Positions 16,018-21,856 of a DNA stretch of 21,856 bases are shown piece after piece. The notes below the pieces were generated by a model that saw nothing but the letters and a program-made list of their open reading frames with translations, did no database searches and was not told the DNA's origin. The DNA is from Deferribacterales bacterium (GTDB lineage: Bacteria; Chrysiogenota; Deferribacteres; Deferribacterales; Geovibrionaceae): assembly GCA_050251945.1 (NCBI GenBank), contig JBFWLW010000020.1:1-21856 (forward strand), written 5' to 3'. The position numbers and the translations under genes are program-made. How positions within the stretch are numbered: the stretch's first letter is position 1; the number at the start of each line of letters is the position of its first letter.

Positions 16018-17397
16018 ATGTTTAAAACTTTTTTTATATATCTGCTTTTTCCGTGTGCAGTTTTCGCGGCTCAGTTCACTGGTACCGGATTCGGGAAAAC
16101 ACAGGATGAGGCGCGCATAAACGCCCTTGCCGACCTCTCCGCTCAGCTTATTGTTCAGGTTCATTCAGAAATGGCTGTTTCGGAGAATATCTCCGGAGAA
16201 AAAGAGGGACAGAGAAGCGTTCACGCCGTTTCCGACGTTCCTTTGCTGGGCGCGCAGATATCTTATGCGGCAGATACGAAACAATATGAGGTGAAGGCTG
16301 TTCTGGATTCAGAAAAGAGTCTGCCGATGTATGAAAAAACGCTGAAAGACCTTGCTTCGCAGATTCGCGCTGCGCTTGCTCAAACAGACGGAAAGACCGG
16401 ACAGTCCGCAATAGAAACTCTGGAAAAGGCGTATGCGCAGGCTGACACCTATGAAAAGGCATATGCGGTCTCACAGCTTCTGGGAAGCGCTATTGAAAAG
16501 GATTCAGGTTTCTCCGGTGCCGCTATATCGGAGCGTCTGACAGCTTTACAGAAGACTGCCATGAACCTTGAGGAAGCAGTTTATATACTTACCGGAAACG
16601 TGGTTCAGAAAAACATTTATGTTCTTCCGCCGTCTGCACCTTCAAGCAGTGAGGTGACGCCTTTCGCGGAGGCTGTTCAGGCTGTGATAGAGGGCGGGGT
16701 CAATTCAGTTGACAATCCTTCCGCCGCTGACTACAGGATGAGCGGGGAATATACCGTTCAGGGCAAAAACATTCTGCTTACGTACAGGCTGATAAAAATT
16801 GAAGACGGTACGTCTGTTGCCGCAAGAACCGTCAGGCTGGCTCCATCGGCATTTGCAGGGCTTGATTATGTCCCGAAGACCGCTGATTTTGATAAACTCC
16901 TTAAGAACGGAATAGCCGTTTCAAAAGATTTCCGCGTTGACGTTTCAACGAACAAAGGGAGCATGAATCTTTTGTTCAAGAATGCCCAGACGGTGGAGAT
17001 ACTCGTTAAAACCTCCGAACCAGCTTATATTTACGCTGTGGGGCATACCCTTAAAAAGACCGAAAGGTACACTTATCTTCTTGAGTTTCAGCAGGCAGAA
17101 GGGACAAGACGCTTCGTGCGGTTCATAAACGCGGACGATGCGAACAAATGGGTCAGCCTTGGCGAGTTCACGGTGACAAAGCCGTTCGGAGTTGAGAGTA
17201 TACAGATAGTCGCATCCTCAAAAGACCCGATGTCACTCATACCTTACAGCCGTAAAGATACCGACACAGGGCTTTATGTTGTCAATACCGATCCCGCAAA
17301 AGCTGTTTCCACGATGCGTGCGCTTATCAATACGGGAATAAGAAAAGAGCAGGAAAAGGTTGCCGAGGCGGTGCTTACATTCACCACCGCGCAGTGA
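16018..17397 (+). CDS. Exported protein, LPP20-like N-terminus and DUF4384-like C-terminus
   Basis: Signal peptide MFKTFFIYLLFPCAVFA after GAGGT RBS; GFGKTQDEARINALADLS (LPP20-like); C-terminal VEILVKTSEPAYIY...PFGVESIQIVAS. Domain calls are from recognition, not a search. Confidence 0.65.
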   Translation: MFKTFFIYLLFPCAVFAAQFTGTGFGKTQDEARINALADLSAQLIVQVHSEMAVSENISGEKEGQRSVHAVSDVPLLGAQISYAADTKQYEVKAVLDSEKSLPMYEKTLKDLASQIRAALAQTDGKTGQSAIETLEKAYAQADTYEKAYAVSQLLGSAIEKDSGFSGAAISERLTALQKTAMNLEEAVYILTGNVVQKNIYVLPPSAPSSSEVTPFAEAVQAVIEGGVNSVDNPSAADYRMSGEYTVQGKNILLTYRLIKIEDGTSVAARTVRLAPSAFAGLDYVPKTADFDKLLKNGIAVSKDFRVDVSTNKGSMNLLFKNAQTVEILVKTSEPAYIYAVGHTLKKTERYTYLLEFQQAEGTRRFVRFINADDANKWVSLGEFTVTKPFGVESIQIVASSKDPMSLIPYSRKDTDTGLYVVNTDPAKAVSTMRALINTGIRKEQEKVAEAVLTFTTAQ

Positions 17398-17441
17398 GGT
17401 TAATTAACTTTTGTAACCTGATATAAATATTAACAAAATCG

Positions 17442-17492
17442 TTGAACAATCACAATGATGCTCCTATCTTAATTAAACAGTAGTATAACTGT
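17442..17492 (+). promoter_or_regulatory. Putative sigma70 promoter with downstream palindromic operator
   Basis: TTGAAC-N17-TATCTT (17442-17470), then ACAGT-N6-ACTGT (17477-17492). Confidence 0.4.
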
Positions 17493-17513
17493 AAAATTCA
17501 GTCAGGAGGAATC

Positions 17514-18251
17514 ATGTCTGACAAAATGTTTATTTCACGTCGAAAGTTCCTTAAAACAACGGGGATTACGGCAGGACTGGCAGCAGTTGGAGGCAGTCTC
17601 ATTGCTTTTGAGACAGCAGAAGCAAAGGGGAATGATGCCCATGACGCGCACACCGCAGCATCAAAAAACAGCGGTATACCCAGAGCGAGGATGTTCTTTA
17701 CGAACGTTCTGGATTTCAACATACTTTCCGCGGCCGCAGAGAGAATTTTTCCGAAGGACGAACTTGGACCCGGTGCAGTTGACCTTGGAGTTCCGTATTT
17801 CATCGACCACCAGTTGGCAGGAGCATACGGGTATAACGCAAGGGAATATATGGTCGGACCCCACTTTGAAGGTGCGCCGACACAGGGCTATCAGACGCCG
17901 CTTCTGAGGAAGGATCTTTTTCTTCAGGGTATCGCGGCAATCAATAAACAGGCTAAAACACAGTATAAAATGGACTTTCCCGACCTGTCCCCGGCACAGC
18001 AGGACGACATTCTTAAAATGTGCGAAAAGGGCGACATCCGGACGGAAGGCTTTAAATCATCCTTTTTCTTCTCTGTTTTTAAAGGTGCAGTCATTGCAGG
18101 TGTCTATGCAGACCCCATGTACGGCGGCAATGCGGACATGAGCGGGTGGAAAATGAAACAGTACCCGGGCGCAAGAATGGCGTACACAGATATTATCGAC
18201 AGCGACAAGTTCGAGAAAATCGAACCGGTTTCGCTTGCTGATATGATGTAG
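17514..18251 (+). CDS. Gluconate 2-dehydrogenase subunit 3 family protein (Tat-exported)
   Basis: SRRKFLK; AAAERIFPKDELGPGAVDLGVPYFIDHQL; ADPMYGGN..GWKM..YPG. Confidence 0.92.
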   Translation: MSDKMFISRRKFLKTTGITAGLAAVGGSLIAFETAEAKGNDAHDAHTAASKNSGIPRARMFFTNVLDFNILSAAAERIFPKDELGPGAVDLGVPYFIDHQLAGAYGYNAREYMVGPHFEGAPTQGYQTPLLRKDLFLQGIAAINKQAKTQYKMDFPDLSPAQQDDILKMCEKGDIRTEGFKSSFFFSVFKGAVIAGVYADPMYGGNADMSGWKMKQYPGARMAYTDIIDSDKFEKIEPVSLADMM

Positions 18252-18261
18252 GGGGGATTAA

Positions 18262-19971
18262 ATGGCTAAAATTCTTAACAAAACAGATGTAGTTACTGTC
18301 GGTGTCGGATTTACCGGCGGCGTTATAGCCGCTGAATGTACCAGAGCAGGGCTGAACGTCGTGGGACTTGAAAGGGGCGGTTACAGAACCGTTGACGATT
18401 TCATGGAGATACACGACGAATGGCGCTATGCAATTAACTATGGGCTAATGCAGGATCTTTCAAAAGAGACCATAACGTTTCAAAACAACAGAGGCATGCG
18501 CGCACTGCCCATGCGCCAGCTCGGTTCTTTCCTCCTCGGCGACGGTCTCGGCGGAGCCGGAGTACACTGGAATGCAATGAATATCCGTTTCTTCCCATAC
18601 GACTTTGAGATTAAGACAAAAACCAAAGAACGTTACGGCAACAAGCTTTCAAATGATTATCTTCTTCAGGATTGGGGACTGACCTATAACGAGATAGAGC
18701 CTTATTACACAAAATTCGAGTATGCCATAGGGACTTCCGGCGAAATGAAAAGCCCGTTCGACGGCAAACGTTCCAAACCTTATCCCATGAAACCGCTGGT
18801 TAAAACAAAGATACTTTCAAAATTTGAAAAGGCGGCGCAACAGCTCGGATGCCACCCGTATATGACGCCTGCCAGCATCTGTTCCGACGCTTACACGACG
18901 CCATACGGAGAGGAACTCAACGAATGTCAGTACTGCGGTTACTGCGAACGTTTCGGCTGTGAATACGATGCGAAATCAAGCCCGATCAATACGCTTATAC
19001 CTGTTGCGCAGAAGACAGGAAAATATGATCTGCGCTGTAATGCCAACGTTGTAGAAGTGCTTAAAAAAGGCGATAAAGTGACAGGTGTTAAGTACGTGGA
19101 TGCCCTTACAGGCGAGGAATACATTCAGCCGGCCGATATTGTTGTTCTTTGCAGTTTTGTCATGAACAACGCTAAACTTCTTATGCTCTCTAAAATAGGC
19201 GAAATGTACAACCCCGAAACAGGAAAAGGCACTCTTGGCAGAAACTTCTGCTATCAGGTGACACCCGGGGCAACGGGATTTTTTGACGAGCAGATGAACG
19301 TTTTCGCAGGAGCGGGAGCGCTTGGGGTGAGCTTTGACGACTATAACGGAGACAACTTTGATCACTCCAAACTTGATTTCATCCACGGCGGTCTTATAAC
19401 CATGCTTAACGCGGGTTCAAGGCCCATCGGTTCAAACGCAGTGCCGAAAGGAACCCCGTCATGGGGTGCAGAGTTCAAAAAAGCCTCTGTTTATAACTTT
19501 ACAAGGGCGCTCGGCGCCAGCGCACAGGGAGCCTCCATGCCCCATAAAGATAATTTCCTTTCGCTGGACGATACCTATAAGGACGCCTATGGACTCCCTC
19601 TGCTGAAAATGACATATAATTTCACAAAGCAGGACAGGGCGATGTTCGCATATCTTGGCGAAAAGGTTGAGAACCTGTTCATGGCAATGGGGGCGAAATC
19701 CGTAAGCTCGAAACCGAACGGTGAAAATTACAACATCGTACCCTATCAGTCCACCCACATTACGGGCGGAACCGTTATGGGCAGAGACCCTAAAGACAGT
19801 GTTGTGAATAATTACATGCAGCACTGGGATGCTGACAACCTGTTCGTCGTCGGTGCAGGGAACTTTCCCCACAACGGCGGATGCAACCCCACGGACACAG
19901 TCGGCGCTCTTGCATACAGATGTGCTGAAGGTGTTCTCAAATATAATAAAAAATCCGCATCACTTGTATAA
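18262..19971 (+). CDS. GMC family oxidoreductase, gluconate 2-dehydrogenase flavoprotein-like
   Basis: VGVGFTGG...LERG FAD motif; GGAGVHWN; CQYCGYCERFGC; YQSTHITGG; NPT. Confidence 0.93.
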   Translation: MAKILNKTDVVTVGVGFTGGVIAAECTRAGLNVVGLERGGYRTVDDFMEIHDEWRYAINYGLMQDLSKETITFQNNRGMRALPMRQLGSFLLGDGLGGAGVHWNAMNIRFFPYDFEIKTKTKERYGNKLSNDYLLQDWGLTYNEIEPYYTKFEYAIGTSGEMKSPFDGKRSKPYPMKPLVKTKILSKFEKAAQQLGCHPYMTPASICSDAYTTPYGEELNECQYCGYCERFGCEYDAKSSPINTLIPVAQKTGKYDLRCNANVVEVLKKGDKVTGVKYVDALTGEEYIQPADIVVLCSFVMNNAKLLMLSKIGEMYNPETGKGTLGRNFCYQVTPGATGFFDEQMNVFAGAGALGVSFDDYNGDNFDHSKLDFIHGGLITMLNAGSRPIGSNAVPKGTPSWGAEFKKASVYNFTRALGASAQGASMPHKDNFLSLDDTYKDAYGLPLLKMTYNFTKQDRAMFAYLGEKVENLFMAMGAKSVSSKPNGENYNIVPYQSTHITGGTVMGRDPKDSVVNNYMQHWDADNLFVVGAGNFPHNGGCNPTDTVGALAYRCAEGVLKYNKKSASLV

Positions 19972-19978
19972 TGTCTGT

Positions 19979-20007
19979 GCGGGCGGCGTAAGCGCCGTCC
20001 GCTTCTT
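19979..20007 (+). terminator. Rho-independent terminator after GMC gene
   Basis: GCGGGCGGCG-TAAG-CGCCGTCCGC followed by TTCTT. Confidence 0.7.
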
Positions 20008-20090
20008 ATATCCGTTTCAATCCAATTGACTGTTTTATTTCCGCTGATAATGCGGTAACATACGCGATCAATAAACCATAAGGATATCGC

Positions 20091-20807
20091 ATGTATCAAA
20101 AAGTAACAGTCATCAACAAGACCGAGCACGCGAATCTTAAATTCATGCAGCTTAAGGATATGGAACACGCTGTTAAAACTGCGAACGTTCCGCTCACCAT
20201 CGGCGAATTTTACGCCGCATGCAAAAGCCAGCCCATACTTTTTGTAAAATCCGGCGAAAATATGCTTCCTACTGCACTTCTCGGCATTAAAAACGACGAA
20301 AACCTTTTTATCAACGCCGAAAAAAACTGGATGCCAACGGAATACTGCCCTTTTTTCATTAAAAGATATCCGTTCATTTTTGTGAACGTACAGGACAGGC
20401 TTACCCTTGCATATGATACCGACAGCCTCAGCGCGAACACGGAAACCGGGGAAACGGTATTTGACGAGAATGGAGAGCAGACTGATTTCATAAAGAAGAT
20501 ACTTGATTTTATGAACAAATATCAGGCGGATTCCGAAGTTTCCGCTGCTTTCGGAAAGGAGATGGAAGAGCTTGAACTGTTTGAACCGTTCGAGATAACC
20601 ATGAACGTCGGACCGAACAAATATCAGATAAACGATTTTCACATCATCAGCGAGAAAAAATTTAACGAAATGCCCATGGAAAATAAGACTGTGCTCATTG
20701 AAAAAGGATTCTACAGCCTTGTTCTTGCGCATCTTCTTTCGCTTTCCAATATGGAAAAACTCGCTGTACTGGAAAGCATGAGACTTGCAGGAGCTAAAAA
20801 TGCGTAA
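20091..20807 (+). CDS. sapC: SapC family protein
   Basis: VPLTIGEF..ACKSQPILF, ALLGIKNDENLFI, YCPFFIKRYPF, AHLLSLSN. Confidence 0.88.
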   Translation: MYQKVTVINKTEHANLKFMQLKDMEHAVKTANVPLTIGEFYAACKSQPILFVKSGENMLPTALLGIKNDENLFINAEKNWMPTEYCPFFIKRYPFIFVNVQDRLTLAYDTDSLSANTETGETVFDENGEQTDFIKKILDFMNKYQADSEVSAAFGKEMEELELFEPFEITMNVGPNKYQINDFHIISEKKFNEMPMENKTVLIEKGFYSLVLAHLLSLSNMEKLAVLESMRLAGAKNA

Positions 20808-21543
20808 ATTACTAATCGCAACCGTACTTTGTATGGCTGTTTTTTCAGCCTATGCCGCAGAACCCACAGAGCAGGAACTGGTCATTTTCACCGCATGGAA
20901 GTATAAAGCGGATTATACCGAACAGCCGCCGGAAGCCAAGGAAGAGATTTATAAAGAATATTCCATGGTTTCGGCAGTTGCGCCGAAAATACTTGCCGAG
21001 GGGCTTGCGAACGACGTTGACTATAAAGTTGCGGCGGAGACAATAGCCTTTGAGATATGGATGAAAAAATATACCGACGGTCTCACCATATCCGACGAAG
21101 ACCTTAAAAAGCTGTATGAGGCGAGAGACATAAATACTTCTCCCGCTTACAGTCTTCACAATATACTCGTTAAAGACGAAAAAACCGCCGATGCCGTAAT
21201 CAAATCTTTTGCGGCAGTTAAAGACAAAAAAGCCTTTACGGCAAAATTTGAGAGCACAGCCAAAGAAAAATCACAGGATTTTATCACCAGAGAGAAGGGC
21301 GGAAACGTCGGCTGGGTTGAGCTGAACAGGCTTGAGAAGTCTTTACAGGAAGCTCTTAATGATAAAAAAGCAGGGGATATCTTCAAAAGCAGCGCAGGAA
21401 ACAACGGATGGCAGATAATCTATGTAGACGATTACAAGCCTTCCAGAAAAGCTTCTTTTGAAGAGGCGAAACCGATGCTGACCAACATCTATAAGCAGGT
21501 TGAACTGGGCAAAAAAATAAAGTCCATGACTGAAGGTCAATAA
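20800..21543 (+). CDS. Periplasmic PpiC/parvulin-type peptidyl-prolyl isomerase-like chaperone
   Basis: Signal peptide MRKLLIATVLCMAVFSAYA after AGGAG; NILVKDEKTA, AKEKSQD..KGGNVGW, SFEEAK; overlaps sapC by 8 bp. Confidence 0.85.
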   Translation: MRKLLIATVLCMAVFSAYAAEPTEQELVIFTAWKYKADYTEQPPEAKEEIYKEYSMVSAVAPKILAEGLANDVDYKVAAETIAFEIWMKKYTDGLTISDEDLKKLYEARDINTSPAYSLHNILVKDEKTADAVIKSFAAVKDKKAFTAKFESTAKEKSQDFITREKGGNVGWVELNRLEKSLQEALNDKKAGDIFKSSAGNNGWQIIYVDDYKPSRKASFEEAKPMLTNIYKQVELGKKIKSMTEGQ

Positions 21544-21552
21544 AACATAAAA

Positions 21553-21574
21553 CCCGCCCCTTAAAAGGCGGCTT
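21553..21574 (+). terminator. Short hairpin after the PPIase gene
   Basis: CCGCC-CCTTAAAA-GGCGG, directly abutting the MITE-like element. Confidence 0.4.
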
Positions 21575-21716
21575 CAGACTGATGACAAAGTCAGGAAAAT
21601 CCGAGATCGCGTCGTCGCATGCAGTCCTCGTGAAGACAAAAAACCGTCTCTGCGAGGAGCATGGCTACGAAGCAGTCTCATTGGATTTCATCAAAATTGA
21701 GTTTGTCAATAACCTG
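21575..21716 (+). mobile_element. MITE-like palindromic dispersed repeat, copy 2 (142 bp)
   Basis: TIRs CAGACTGATGACAAA / TTTGTCAATAACCTG; inverted homolog of 11393-11536; two head-to-head internal units at 21603-21637 and 21646-21679. Confidence 0.8.
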
Positions 21717-21731
21717 AGCCAGCCCCTGAAA

Positions 21732-21856
21732 TGAACTGTCCCCCATTTTCCGGACAGTAAAAAAAGCCCCGGGCTAAGAATTAAGATGATGTCGGTATCC
21801 AGCCGGCGTCATCTTTTTTAATGTCCACTGTGGTCTTTCTTCATTATAATACCGGA
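21732..21856 (-). mobile_element. IS3-family insertion sequence, right end (truncated by window edge)
   Basis: Terminal TGAACTGTCCCCCATTTTCCGGACAG (TG-starting IS3-like IR) with the transposase C-terminus pointing toward it. Confidence 0.85.
21774..21854 (-). CDS. IS3-family transposase OrfB C-terminal fragment (partial, not in the ORF track)
   Basis: Manual translation RYYNEERPQWTLKKMTPAGYRHHLNS*, matching the YN..R.....L...TP..Y tail of IS3/IS150 integrase-core transposases. Confidence 0.85.
   Translation of the reverse strand, partial: RYYNEERPQWTLKKMTPAGYRHHLNS

Noticed and set aside
19812..20732. 306-aa minus-strand ORF
   Set aside because: Antisense to sapC and the GMC gene end, and crosses a terminator; shadow ORF

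Overview
Gene-dense bacterial chromosomal window from an anaerobic respirer. The gene mix suggests Deferribacterota or a delta/epsilon-proteobacterium-like organism; this is inference only. Left to right: (1) a DMSO-reductase-family molybdoenzyme operon (Tat-lipoprotein DmsA-like catalytic subunit, DmsB-like 4Fe-4S subunit, then radical SAM, TorD/DmsD chaperone and polyferredoxin; no DmsC anchor in the window); (2) a GNAT; (3) a split PqiA/LetA pair plus a 975-aa MCE protein with eight MCE repeats; (4) a minus-strand operon of split-Soret-cytochrome-c-like protein, NrfC-like and NrfD-like genes, preceded by a perfect 24-bp palindrome matching the ModE operator consensus; (5) Hsp20 with a HAIR-like operator, an SDR and an LPP20/DUF4384-like exported protein; (6) a two-subunit gluconate-2-dehydrogenase-like GMC oxidoreductase; (7) SapC and a degenerate parvulin; (8) the right end of an IS3-family element at the window edge. 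Two inverted copies of a ~143-bp palindromic MITE-like element lie at 11393-11536 and 21575-21716. The most promising undescribed systems are the putative molybdate-regulated, Mo-free cytochrome/NrfCD module and the lipoprotein molybdoenzyme with a rearranged FS0 motif and a radical-SAM-containing accessory cassette.
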